This document shows, piece by piece, positions 25,363 to 38,439 of a DNA stretch of 64,000 nucleotides (the first letter of the stretch is position 1; each line of letters starts with the position of its first letter). The position numbers and the translations under genes are program-made. The notes under the pieces are model-generated. The model was given only the letters and a program-made list of their open reading frames with translations, was not told the DNA's origin and did no database searches. This stretch comes from Squalus acanthias. Lineage: Eukaryota. The stretch is from assembly GCA_030390025.1 (NCBI GenBank), contig CM059432.1, positions 36,706,001 through 36,770,000 on the forward strand, in the 5' to 3' direction.

Positions 25363-25790
25363 ATGGGGAGATATAGGAAATGAAGTGGAGGGGATAATAT
25401 AAATGTAGAGGGTGATATAGGAGAGTGATGGGGTGAGGACGGAGATAGGATGTTAAGGAGAAGAGAGAAGAGCAGAGAAAGGAAGTGAGGGGAAGGGGGA
25501 GAAAGAATGATGGAAGAAGAGGTAAAGAAGAGTCGAGTGGAGAAGATGAGAGTGAAAGGGAGGGGTAGGAGATAAAGGCTGATGGGGAGGAGATGGAGGG
25601 AGGCTGAGCAGAAGGCAGGAGAGGAATGAGGGTAAAAGGGGAAGGCACGGGGGACAGGTAGAGGGAATAGGAAGTAGGGGAGGGGACGGTCAGCAGGAGG
25701 AACAAAGAGGGGACATAACAAGGAAGTAAGGGGCAGGGAAGAATACAAGGGTAAGGTGGCAGTCAGGAGGCGTAGGGGAGGAGAGCCAGA
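25363..25790. repeat. Polypurine/polypyrimidine low-complexity tract
   Basis: About 430 bp, almost entirely G/A on plus. Confidence 0.85.
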
Positions 25791-25999
25791 GCCTACTAGC
25801 CAGATTACCAAACCCCAAGCCTAAGCACTGAAATCATGCTTGAAGAACTTGCAGTTAGTTCCCAGCAAAGGCATTACACTTCAAACAAATTTCTTGCATC
25901 TATTTAGCTAATGTATAAATACAAATCCTTTTGCCTGCCATTTTTTTCCTCAGAGGGAGTAGTGCCCAAATTTGCAGATGATACTAAAATAGGAGACAT

Positions 26000-28060
26000 G
26001 GGGGTGAAATTGGATAAAGCAGAAAAACAGATGCGGGCACCGTGATGCACGATCTGCCCGCTCTCGTAGAAAGCTCAGGCAGCACATCAAATTCATGCTG
26101 CCTGCTACTTTACATGATTGTAGTGCACAGCCCAGCACTGAACGCGCTGCTGATAGGCTGTGTGCTCAGCACGGGATCCAAAGTTCTCGATGTTCGTGTG
26201 AGCTAGCTTTACTTAAAGCTAGCCTGCGCCTCTCAAAGGTGAGCTGCACCTCTTAAAGGTGAGCTGCCTTCTGCTGATCAAAAATGGTAAAAGCGCTTCA
26301 TCACCAACGCAAATGGCTCAACAGGCCAGGGAAAAGACACCCAGGGTTACAGATGCAGCACTCAAGGCCTTTGTGCAAGGGGTGAACACTGGAAGAGAGG
26401 TCCTCTACCCACAAGAGGCCCTCCAGAAGGAAGGATGTGGGACCAGATCGTCAAGGCAGTCACTGCCAGAATTGTCACCCCCAGGACATGGCTCGAGTGC
26501 TTAAGAAGTTTCATGACCTCAGACGAGTGGTCAAGGTCAGTGAATACATCTTCAAAAGCCGTCTTCTACCAACTGCATCACTAGCCTCACACACTGCTCA
26601 ATGCAGGATCCCCACCCCACCCCACCCCAATCACTCACCTACCAACAATCTTTACCAAACATGAGGCACACCTCACATTCCTAGCTTCACCTCACCCCCT
26701 TGCAGGAGACGGTGCTGGTAATTCTTGGCAGGGGCATGGCTGAGCCCTTGGCCAGCGGTGAGGCTGAACGAATACAAAATGCCGGTATCCTCATACGTTA
26801 TCCTCTTTCTCACATCCTACTTCCCCCTCATCCCATAATATGTGCTGATTTACAAGCTGCACATGGTGCAAGCAAGCACCTCTTGCTTTACCCTCCATCC
26901 CCTCCCCACAACCCTACCCTTGTGCCTTCCTCATTTCAGACACCCAAGAAATCCAGCCTGCCCAGCCAATGGTTGAACAAGAGGGTGAGGAGAGTGAAGA
27001 AGAAACACTGTCACTCGATTTCACACTCCCAGCCACCAGCTCCTCGAGGTCGTCCTGCAAGGCCATCTGCAGTCTCCCCCACAAAGTCAGAAGCCTTCCA
27101 CCCGCCATGCTGCTGCCACTGGGGTAGCACTGCATGACATCACTAGGATAGGCAAAGGCTCACGCAAGACACTCAAGTAAGGGAATGCACAACGGTGATG
27201 TTGATTTGTAATGTAATATTGGATGCATATATGGATAAAGTTGGATTGGAAAGTTTACTTTGTAATGGCTTTTATTTCAGCATTGTGGCTAAGAGGACAC
27301 TGTGATGGTCAGTAACAGAGTGAAGGTAAGGTGTGGGACAAATGTTGAAAGGGGAATTGGGGTTGTGTTCACTGGTGCCGCAGGCGGATGATTCAATCCC
27401 GGATATCCCGGACAGAAAGGGGCTGTGTGGGTGGCTCCTCACTTCCGCTTCCTCCTCCCTTCCACTTCCTCTTCTTCCGCTTCCTCCTCCTCCCTCTGTG
27501 AGCAGCTTGTCCCCTTTGCTGCCTCTGCTCCATCTCCCTGTCATGCTGCAGCCCAAGGGGGACTGCAACTGGAGCCCACAGGACTAGGAGCAAGTGGTGT
27601 TCTCAGGGGCATTCCTTTAAGAGCCAAAGCCTTGCAAATGTCCAGCACACTTTAACAAATTTTTAAATGTCTTACACCAAGCCACTACTCAAATAAAATA
27701 TAAAGAAACCAGTACAAAAGCAAAAATCTAAACTTACACCAAAGTTGTGTGTGTCCCTTTAAGAAGCACTGGAGGGTGGTCCATCATGGAGCTGAACGCA
27801 CGTTCAGCTGTGCGTGCTTTGGAGAGGCCGTTGAATGGAGCGGCAACGTCCAAAATAGCAGGTCGTGCGTCAGTTCAGCGTTGCACACTGAATGACGTCA
27901 CAATCTGACTAATTACCATTTTTGCAGCAAGCGCAGGCAACGGCAGCGCTGCCAACCTGCCCAAAATGGTGGCCACCACGTTCTGCGCCGGAAGTGTCTC
28001 CCCTTTTTTTCTCCGAAACCGACCTGTTCAGCCGGCACTGAGGTGCCGAATTTCACAGCC
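26000..28060. mobile_element. PIF/Harbinger-like DNA transposon deletion derivative inserted in a CR1
   Basis: Ends GGGGGTGAAATTGG and (reverse complement) GGCTGTGAAATTCGG. Plus-strand Myb/SANT-like remnant MAQQAREKTPRVTDAALKAFVQGV..WDQIVKAV..KKFHDLRRVVK. Minus-strand acidic tract plus VRDIRD*IIRL resembles a transposase C-terminus. Flanking CR1 KFADDTKIG|AVNNSED rejoins. Confidence 0.7.
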
Positions 28061-28860
28061 GCAGTAAATAATTCTGAGGACCAAAGGAAGCTACAAGGGG
28101 ATATTAATTGGATGGTGGAATGGGCAAAACAGTGGCAGATAGAATTCAATGCTAGTAAATGTGAGGTGGTGTGTTTTGGTAAAAAAATACTTTGCAAAGG
28201 GGGAAAGTTGGGTGTATTTTGGGGTTCAGGTTCACATTAAAAGCAGCACCTGAAGTGGATAAGGCCTTAAAAAAGCTAATAGAATAATGGGCTTTATGGC
28301 AAGAAGTATAAAATATAAAAGTTGAGATATAATGGTGAATTTACATAAAAACTGCAGCAAGTTCACAGTTGGCGTATTTATGCAGTTTGGGCTGCACACA
28401 ATCGGAAAGATGTTAAGGCAATAGAGAAGGTACCACACAGATTCACTAGGATGCTACCTGGTATTAGGAATTATGAAGAAAGATGTAAAATTGGGACTGT
28501 TTTCATTAGAACACTGGAGATTATGAGTAATTTGAAAGAGGTGTTTAAAATTATGAAAGGATGGGACAGTGTAGATAGAAACAGACTATTTCAGTCATTG
28601 AGGAGCCTCGAATGAAGGGACAGAGAGATAAGATTAAACGTAAGCGATTTAGAACAGAGAGCAGGGGAAACATATTTTACCCAGACGTTTGTGAGGCTGT
28701 GGAATGCGCTATCAGAGTTAGTGATTGAAGCAGAGACCATGTCAACATTTAAGAGTAGGTGCTAAAGGAAAAGGGGTATGATAACAAAGCAGCCACATGG
28801 GATTATGACTACTATTCATGTGAAGGATAAACACCAATGCAGACTGAACAGCTTGATTTT
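28061..28860 (+). mobile_element. Decayed CR1 (continues 25960-25999)
   Basis: LQGDINWMVEWAKQWQIEFNASKCEVVCFG. Confidence 0.8.
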
Positions 28861-29184
28861 GTAAACCTGCTCCAGATTACAAGTGAGCAATGCCACAGGA
28901 GATCAGCATAAGATAAACAGTACGGAGAAAGTACATCTGAAACACTTCTAAGTGGGGCACAAAGTCAAACTAGTGAAAGGAAATTCAGGACTGATATTAG
29001 GAATTCCATCCTCAAGAATGAAGAACATGTGGAATAGAATGGTGGGAATAGTGAAGGCAAAATCTCTAGAATCAATTAGGAAACCGTTGGATACTGTGCT
29101 GGGGATCTCCCTTGTTCAACTGTCTTGTAATAATAAGGAATAATTTCACTTGGCCTGCAAATCTTCCAGTCTCCTGCATTCATT

Positions 29185-32100
29185 GCTGTCTGTCAAGATG
29201 TCACTGGCACAGAATGGTGACACGTTTGCCAATGAAACTAAATAAGTGGAGGGAGGGTCCCGGTGGAGAGAAATCTAGAATGCTAAAGAGAAAAGACAAG
29301 GAAGCAGTGCAGGAAAGTGATTGGGGTAAGGATAACCAGATTGTGTCAGGAAGTGACAGAGTGTACAAAAAAAGGAGTGCACTAACAAATAGGGTCCGGG
29401 TAAGAAAAAATGATAAGACAAATAGGGCCATAGTACAAAAAAATGTTAAGCTATCTAAAAATGTTAAAACGACAAATCTAAAGGCACTGTATCTGAATGC
29501 ACGAAGCATTCGTAATAAGGTAGATGAATTAACAGCGCAAATAGATGTAAACGGATACGGTATAATTGTGATTACGGAGACATGGCTGCAGGGTGATCAA
29601 GGCTGGAAGCTGAATATCCAAGGATATTCGATATTTAGGAAGGACTGGCAAAAAGGAAAAGGAGGTGGGGTGGCGTTGTTAGTAAAGGATGAAATCAGAG
29701 CAATAGTGAGAAAGGATATTGGCTCAGAAAATCAAGATGTAGAATCCGTCTGGGTGGAGCTAAGAAGCACCAAGGGGCAGAAAACATTAGTGGGAGTTGT
29801 CTGTCGGCCTCCAAACAGTAGTGGTAATGTAGGGGATGGCATCAAACAGGAAATTAGAGATGCATGTAACAAGGGTACTACAGTAATCATGGGTGACTTT
29901 AATCTACATATAGGCTGGCCAAACCAAATTAGCAATAATACTGTGGAGGATGAATTCCTGGAGTGTGCACGAGATGGTTTTTTAGACCAGTACGTTGAGG
30001 AGCCAACTAGGGGACAGGCTATCCTAGATTGGGTATTGTGCAACGAGAAGGGGTTAATTAATAATCTTGTTGTGTAGGGTCCTTTAGGGAAGAGTGACCA
30101 TAACATGATAGAATTCTTCATTAAGATGGAAAGTGGAGAAGTCCAATCCGAACCGAGGGTCCTAAATCTAAACAAAGGAAACTACGAAGGTATGAGGAGT
30201 GAGTTGGCTATGATAGATTGGGGAGCTTCATTAAAAGGCATGACGGTGGATAGGCAATGGCTAACATTTAAGGAACGAATGCATGAATTGCAACAGTTAT
30301 ACATTCCTTTCTGGTGCAAAAACACAAAAGGAAAAGCGGCCCAATCATGCCGAACAAAAGAAATTAAGGATAGTATTAGATCCAAAGAGGAGTCATATAA
30401 AGTTGCCAGAAAAAGTAGCAAGCCTGAGGATTGGGAGCAGTTTAGAATTCAGCAAAAAAGGACCAAGAGATTGATTAAGAGGGGAAAAATAGAGTATGAG
30501 AGTAAACCTGCAAGGAACATAAAAGCAGACTGTTAAAGCTTCTACAAGTATGTAAAAAGAAAAAGATTAGTGAAGACAAATGTAGGTCCCTTACAGTCAG
30601 AAACAGGAGAATTTATACTGGGGAGCAAGGAAATGGTGGAGCAATTAAACAAATACTTTGGTTCTGTCTTCACGGAAGAGGACACAAATAACTTCCCAGA
30701 AATGCCAGGGAACCAAGGGTCTAGTGAGAAGGAGGAATTAAAAGAAATTAGTATTAGTAAAAAAATAGTGCTGGAGAAATTAATGGGACTGAAAACCGAT
30801 AAATCCCCAGGGCCTGATAATCTGCATCCCAGAGTACTAAAAGAGGTAGCCATGGAAATAGTGGATGCATTAGATGTCATCTTCCAAAATTCTATAGATT
30901 ATGGAACAGTTCCTGCAGATTGGAGGGTGGCAAATGTAACCCCACTATTTAAAAAAGGAGGGAGAAAGAAAACAGGGAACTACAGACCGGTTAGCCTAAC
31001 ATCAGTACTAGGGAAAATGCTAGAGTCTATTTTAAAGGATGTGATAACAGGACACTTAGAAAATATCAACGGGATTAGACAAAGTCAACATGGATTTATG
31101 AAAGGGAAATCGTGTTTGACAAACCTACTGGAGTTTTTTGAGGATGTAACTGGTAGAATAGATAAGGGAGAACCAGTGGATGTGGTGTATTTGGATTTTC
31201 AGAAGGCCTTTGATAAAGTCCCACATAAGAGGTTAGTGTGCAAAATTAAAGCACATGGGATTGGGGGTAATATACTGGCATGGATTGAAAATTGGTTAAC
31301 AGACAGGAAACAGAGAGTAGGAATAAATGGGTCTTTTTCGGGGAGGCAGGCGGTGACTAGTGGGGTACCGCAGGGATCAGTGCTTGGTCCCCAGCTATTC
31401 ACAATATATATCAATGATTTGGACGAGGGAACCAAATGTAATATTTCCAAGTTTGTTGACGACACGAAACTAGGTGGGATTGTGAGTTGTGAGGAGGATG
31501 CAAAGAGGCTTCACGGTGATTTAGACAAGTTGAGTGAGTGGGCAAATACATGGCAGATGCAGTATAACGTGGATAAATGTGAAGTTATCCACTTCGGTAG
31601 GAAAAACAGAAAAGCATAGTATTATTTAAATGGTGATAGATTGGGAAATGTTGATGTACAAAGGGACCTGGTGTCCTTGTACACCAGTCACTGAAAGCAA
31701 ACATGCAAGCAGTATGTTGGCCTTCATTGCAAGAGGATTTGAGTACAGGAGCAAGGATGTCTTACTACAGTTATACAGAGCCTTGGTAAGACCACACCTG
31801 GAGTACTGTGTGCAGTTTTGGTCTCCTTACCGAAGAAAGGATATACTTGCCATCGAGGGAGTGCAGCGGAGGTTCACCAGACTGATTCCTGGGATGGCAG
31901 GACTGTCGTACGAGGAGAGATTGGGTCAACTAGGCCTGTATTCACTAGAGTTTAGAAGAATGAGGGGGGATCTCATTGAAACGTATAAAATTCTGACAGG
32001 GCTAGACAGACTGGATGCAGGGAGGATGTTTCCCCTGGCTGGGGGGTCTAGAACGAGGGGTCACAGTCTCAGGATACGGGGTAGGACATTTAGGACTGAG

Positions 32101-32347
32101 ATGAGGAGAAATTTCTTCACTCAGAGGGTGGTGAAGCTGTGGAATTCTCTCCCACAGAAGGCTGTGGAGGCCAAGTCACTGAATATATTTAAGAAGGAGA
32201 TAGATAGATTTCTAGACACAAAAAGCATCAAGGGGTATGGGGAGAGAGCGGGAATATGGTATTGAGATAGAGGATCAGCCATGATCATATTGAATGGCGG
32301 AGCAGGCTCGAAGGGCCTACTCCTGCTCCTATTTTTCTATGTTTCTG
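29185..32347 (+). mobile_element. CR1 LINE with near-complete but disrupted ORF2 (APE endonuclease plus RT)
   Basis: [40 protein letters not shown]; several stops and frameshifts; 3' tail. Confidence 0.95.
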
Positions 32348-32447
32348 TGAAACAGGTGCTGCACTTCAAAAAAAAGTTAATTGTGTGAAGCACTTAAGAC
32401 AGTTCAGCATAAGACACTAAATAAACATTTGTTTGCTTGGGTCCCGT

Positions 32448-32892
32448 CAGCCTTGACTCAATGGTAGCACTCTCGCCTGAGTCAGTAGGGTTGCGAGTTC
32501 AAGCCCCACTCAGAGACTTGAGCACATAATCTAGGCTAACACTCCAGTGCAGTACTGAGGGAGTGTTGCACTGTCAGAGATGCCATCTTTCAAATGGGAC
32601 GTTAAACGAGGCCCTGTCTGGTGGATGTAAAAGATTCTATAGCACTATTCTAAGAGCAGGGCGTTCTCCCAGGTGTCCCGGCCAATATTTATCCCTCAAC
32701 CAACATCACTAAAACAAATTATCTGGTACTTTATCTCTGCTGTTTGTGGAACCTAGCCTTGTGCAAATTGGCAGCCATGCTTCCCTACATTACAACAGTG
32801 ACTACATTTCAAAAGTACTTCATTGGCTGTAAAGCCCATTGGGATGTCCTGAGATTGTGAAAGGCGCTATATAAATGCAAGTTCTTTCTTAA
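32448..32892 (+). mobile_element. Deu-type tRNA SINE (SacSINE1-like), full length
   Basis: A box GACTCAATGG, B box GAGTTCAAGCC, same body and tail as 8018-8428. More decayed copies at 45290-45600, 46505-46895 and 54790-55180. Confidence 0.85.
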
Positions 32893-34987
32893 TAAGACCG
32901 GGTGGTGGGGGGGCGCAGGAGAGGGGGTCGGTGGCAGAGAGGAGGAAGGCAATATTGCCTGTGGTCAGTAGCACACCAGGGTTGAATGGGAGACATGAGA
33001 ATGGATAAATATTTTGTGCTCAATTAGCTTTTGTGATCAGGAACTGGTTGTATAGCAGTTTCCATCAGAAAATGGTGTCCACAATCAGATAGGTTGTACT
33101 TGGTCTGTAGAAGGAGCTGGCTTCTGACCTGAATGGCTTTTCCTCTTTCCATGCTATCTTACCCTCCCATCATACCTCCACACTCAAGTGTTGAGGCCCA
33201 CACATTAACAATGACCACTTGGATGACGTACATGGGGCTGCTGGCACCCATGAAAGCATCCTCTTTGTGAGAGGAAGAAAAGTACGAGGGCTTATTTTTT
33301 TGTGTTGAATTCACCAGTGTGCATTGGTATGAAGAGACCCTCGGTCAGCGCCTAAACTGTTTAATGCTATGTGCACATAATAAAGCCTGCAAGGCAATTG
33401 AAGCCCTTTTCCTGTAGCCTTCAGCAGACTTGTTGACTCCTGTGTCACTGGCCTCCCCAGTCAAGGTCTGTTCAGCAGTGAGATGTTGACAGAGCATGAG
33501 GTTCAGAGCTGTTTCCTCTCACTTTCAATCTCTCCAGCACAAGAAAGCAAGGAATTCTGTCAGTAGGCAGGGTGAATGACTCCAGTTACCATAGAGCAAA
33601 CAAAAGAGCCACATTCAAATGCAACGCCTGGTCCAACGATTTGTTCATTGTTTTTTCCTCTTTTAAAGGGTGGTTATGATGATCTGGAATGCACTGCATG
33701 AAAGGGTGGTGGAAGCAGATTCAGTTGCAACTTTCAAAAGAGAATTGGATATATACTTGAAAAGGAATAATTTACAGGGATATGGGGGAAAGAGCGGGGG
33801 AGTGGGACTAATTGGATAGCTCTTTCAAGGAACCAGCACAGGCACAATGGGCCAAATGGCCTCCCTATGTGCTGTAAAACATCTGTGAAGGGAAAACTGT
33901 GACATGATTGAAACCAGGTCACCACACGGGGAAACTGCAGGAACAAACAGGGCCCCAGCACCACTCAGTCTCAGTGCAGCATTCCCTCGAGCGAGACACT
34001 TATGGCATTCATAGAATTATAGAAAGATACAGCACAGGACACCATTCGGCCCATCATGCCTGTGCCAGCTCTTTGAAACTCCTTGCATATCTTTCCTTTT
34101 CAAGTATATATCCAATTCCCTTTTGAAAGTTATTTCCACCACCCTATCAGGCAGTGCATTTCAGATCATAATTCGCTGCGTAAAAAGATTTCTCCTCATC
34201 TCACCTCTGGTTCTTTTGTCAATTACCTAAATCTATGTCCTCTGGTTACTGACCCTTCTGCCACTCCTTACTCTATTAAAACCCTTCAGGAATTTGAACA
34301 CCTCTATCAAATCTCCCCTTAACCTTTTCCACTCTAAGGAGAATAACCCCAGCTTCTGTCGTTTCTCCACTAGCCGAAGTCCCGCATCATAGAATCATAG
34401 AAAGTTACAGCACGGAAGGAGGCCATTTCGGCCCATTGTGTCCACGCCGCCCAAAAAAGAGCTATCCAGCCGAATCCCACTTCCCAGAACTTGGTCCGTA
34501 GCCCTGTAGGTTAGAGCATCCCAAGTGCACATCCAAGTACTTTTTAAATGTGGTTAGGGTTCCTGCCTCTACCACCCTTTCAGGCAGTGAGTTCCAGACC
34601 CCCACAACCCTCTGGGTGAAGAAATTTCCCCTCTAAACCTTCCACCAATTACTTTAAATCTGTGCACCCTGGTTTTTGACCCCTCTGCTAAGGGAAATAG
34701 GTCCTTTCTATCCACTTTATCTATGCCCCTCATAATTTTATACACCTCAATAAGGTCTCCCCTCAGCCTCCTCTGTTCCAAGGAAAACAGACCCAGCCTA
34801 TCCAGTCTTTCCTCATAGCTAAGATTCTCCACTCCCAGCAACATCCTTGTAAATCTCCTATGTACCCTCTCTAGTGCAATCACATCTTTCCTGTAATGTG
34901 GTGACCAGAACCGCACGCAGTACTCTAGCTGAGGCCTAACTAGTGTTTTATACAGTTGAAGCATAACCCCCCTGCTCTTGTATTCTA

Positions 34988-35953
34988 TGATGCGGAGATG
35001 CCGGTGTTGGACTGGGGTGGACAAAATTGAGAGGTCGCACAACACCAGGTTATAGTCCAACAGTTTTATTTGAAATCACAAGCTTTCGGAGTTACTACTC
35101 CTTCGTCGGGTGAAGTAAAGAGATATAGAATCGCCAAAGCATATATAGATAGAGAACAATGCATGTGTACCTTACAATTGCAGACAACTAAATTAAATCA
35201 TCCTGACTGTTTATCTGCCGAGGTGTGATAAAGTTAATCAGGTCAGCCAGGAAGGTACCACATCAAAGACATAGCAAGATACAACTGAGACAATGAGGTG
35301 GAGTCGCAGGGGGTCTAACGTGTCAAAAGCTGCCGTCTGTATGTAAAACGATAAGCTTTAAAAATTTTACTTTTTTACTGGGAATCACATCTGTGAACAA
35401 GCCAACGACGACTCGAGTCCGGATCACGTCATGTATCGTGACATAAACCCAAGATCCCGGTTGAGACCGTCTTCATGAGTGCGGAACTTGGCTATCAGTT
35501 TCTGCTAAATGATTTTGCGTTGTCGTGTGTTCCTAAGGTCGCCTTGGAGAACGCTTACCCGCAGATCCGAGGCTGAATGTCCTTGACTGCTGAAGTGTTC
35601 CCCGACTGGGATGTAACAATCCTGCCTGGCGATTGTTGCGCGGTGCTCGTTCATACGTTGTCTCAGTGTCTGCATGGTCCACCTCATTGTCTCAGTTGTA
35701 TCTTGCTATGTCTTTGATGTGGTACCTTCCTGGCTGACCTGATTAACTTTATCACACCTCGGCAGATAAACAATCAGGATGATTTAATTTAGTTGTCTGC
35801 AATTGTAAGGTACACATGCATTGTTCTCTATCTATATATGCTTTGGCGATTCTGTATCTCTTTACTTCACCCGACGAAGGAGTAGTAACTCCGAAAGCTT
35901 GTGATTTCAAATAAAACTGTTGGACTATAACCTGGTGTTGTGCGACCTCTCAA
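34988..35953 (-). mobile_element. Penelope-like element (family A) fragment with 277-bp inverted pLTRs
   Basis: TSD TCTTGTATTCTA at 34976-34987 and 35954-35965. GIY-YIG C-terminus TMQTLRQRMNEHR. 35026-35302 is inverted versus 35678-35954. Confidence 0.93.
35867..35904 (+). ncRNA. Hammerhead-like motif (variant core), mirrored at 35076-35113 on minus
   Basis: tcac-CCGACGAA-GGAGT agta ACTCC-GAAAGCTT-gtga. Confidence 0.6.
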
Positions 35954-37721
35954 TCTTGTATTCTACGCCACGGCTAATAAAGGCAAGCATTCCGTATGCC
36001 GCCTTAACCACGTTATTTACTTGGCCTGCTACCTTCAGGGATCTGTGGACATGCACTCCAAGGTCCCTTTGTTCCTCTACACTACTCAGTGTCTTACCAT
36101 TTAATGTGTATTCCCTTTCCTTGTTAACCCTCCCCAAATGCATTACCTCACACTTCGCCGGATTGAATTCCATTTGCCACTGTTCTAATCACCTGACCAA
36201 TTTATTGATATCTTCCTGCAGTCTACAGCTTCCTTCTTCAGTATCAACCACACAGCCGATTTTAGTATCATCTGCAAACTTCTTAATCATACCCACTATA
36301 TTCAAGTCAAGATTGTTGATATATACCACAAAAAGCAAGGGACCTAGTACTGAGCCCTGTGGAACCCCACTGGAAACAGACTTCCAGTCACAAAAACACC
36401 CGTCAACCATTACCCTCTGCTTCCTGTCTCCGAGCCAGTTTTGAATCCAACTTGACACTTTGCCCTGGATCCCATGGGTTTTTAACTTCGTGACCAGTCT
36501 GCCATGTGGAACCTTATCAAAAGCCTTGCTAAAGTCTATATACACTACATCAAACGCACTACCCTCATCTACCCTCCTTGTTACCTCCTCAAAAAATTCA
36601 ATCAAATTTGTCAGACACGACCTTCCCTGAACAAATCCGTGCTAATGATCCTTGATTAATCCGTGTCTTTCTAAATGAAGATTTATCCTGTCCTTCAGAA
36701 TTCTTTCCAATAATTTTCCCACCACCGAGGTTAGGCTGACTGGCCTGTAATTACTCGGTCTATCCTTTTCTCCCTTTTTAAACAAGGGTACCATATTAGC
36801 AGTCCTCCAGCACCACACCTGAAGCCAGAGAGGATTGAAAAATGATGGTCAGGGCCTCTGCTATTTCCTCTTTTGCTTCGCTTAACAGCCTGGGATACAT
36901 TTCATCCGGGCCTGGGGATTTATCCACTTTTAAAGCTGCTAAACCCCTTCATACTTCCTCTCCCACTATGTTTATGTTTATTTCATCTAATATTTCACAC
37001 TCCTGTCCCCGATAGAAATGTCTGCTTCGCCCCTCTTTGTGAAAACAGATGCAAAGTATTCATTAAGAACCCTACCGACGTCTCCTGCCTCCACACACAG
37101 ATTACTCTCATGATCTCTAACAGGCCCTACCCTGTCTTTAGTTATCCTCTTACTCTTAATATATTTATAAAACATCTTTGGGTTTTCCTTGATTTTACTT
37201 GCCAAGAATTTTTCATGCTTTCTCTTTGCTTTCCTTATATCATTTTTAATTGCACCCCTGCACTTTCTGTACTCCTCTAAAGATTCTGGAGTATTTAGCC
37301 CTCGGTATCTGTCATACGCCTCCCTTTTTTTCTTTATCCTACCCTGTATGTCTCTAGACATCCAGGGGGCTCCAGATCTGTTAGTCCCACCTTTTTTCTT
37401 TAAGGGCACATATTTGGTCATAACCCTCCGGATCACCTCCTTGAATGCCTCCCACTGCTCTGACACTGATTTACCTTCAAGTAGCTGTTTCCAGTCCACT
37501 ATGGCTAAATCCCCTCTGAGCTTAGCAAAATTTGCTTTTCCCCAATTTAGAATTTTTATTCCTGGTCTATCCTTGTCCTTTTCCATAACTACCTTAAATC
37601 TAATAGAATTATGGTCACTCGCACCAAAATGCTCCCCCACTGATACGCCTTCTACCTGCCCAACTTCATTCCCTAAAACTAAGTCCAGAACCGCCCCCTC
37701 CCTTGTTGGGCTTGCTACATA

Positions 37722-38076
37722 CAGGAAACTCTCGTTTAAACGGCACCTAAATATCCGGAACTCTCTAATAACCGGCAGAATTCATACTCCGAAAACTACA
37801 GTATACAGTCGTTTAATTACTTAACAGTAAAACAAAACTTATAAAGAGTTACGGATTACCCTCAACTGACATTACTGTACTTAATCAAGCATCTTCCACC
37901 ATCCATTTAACACAACATTCTGTAGGGGAGTACCCAATTATACTGCACATTTCTTGATTTTTTTATTTTTGTTTGTTAAAAATAGCCTCGGTAGATATAC
38001 CTCTCCGTTATCCGGAATTTTTAATCAACCAGCACCATCCCGGTCCCGTCGGTGCCGGATACCAAAGAGTTTCCTG
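37722..38076. mobile_element. Tc1/mariner-pogo-type MITE (same ends as 18642-18968, opposite orientation)
   Basis: TA|CAGGAAACTCT...AGAGTTTCCTG|TA; host CR1 CTTGCTACA-TA-CTGGCT rejoins. Confidence 0.9.
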
Positions 38077-38439
38077 TACTGGCTAAAAAAGTTCTCCTGG
38101 ATGCATTTTAGGAATTCCGCACCTTCCATACCCTTCACACTAATTTTATCCCAGTTAATATTGGGGTAGTTGAAATCCCCTACTATTACTGCCCTAGAGT
38201 TTTTGCACTTCTCAGAAATTTGTCTACATATTTGTTCTTCTATCTCCCTCTCACTGTTTGGGGGTCTGTAGTACACTCCCAGCAGTATGATCGCCCCTTT
38301 TTTGTTTTTCAATTCGACCCATATGGCCTCGTTTGATGATCCCTCCAACATATCATCCCTCCTCACAGCTGTAATAGTTTCTTTACTCAATACCGCGACC
38401 CCCCCCCTCCTTTTTTACCTCCCTCTCTATCCCCGGTAC

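Larger units (their letters stand above)
34388..38435 (-). mobile_element. CR1 LINE (EN plus RT, decayed) carrying nested Penelope and MITE
   Basis: [37 protein letters not shown] in successive minus-strand ORFs. Confidence 0.92.

Noticed and set aside
25334..25811. Pro/Leu/Ser-rich ORFs on the minus strand (also 49433-50069)
   Set aside because: Translations of low-complexity pyrimidine tracts.
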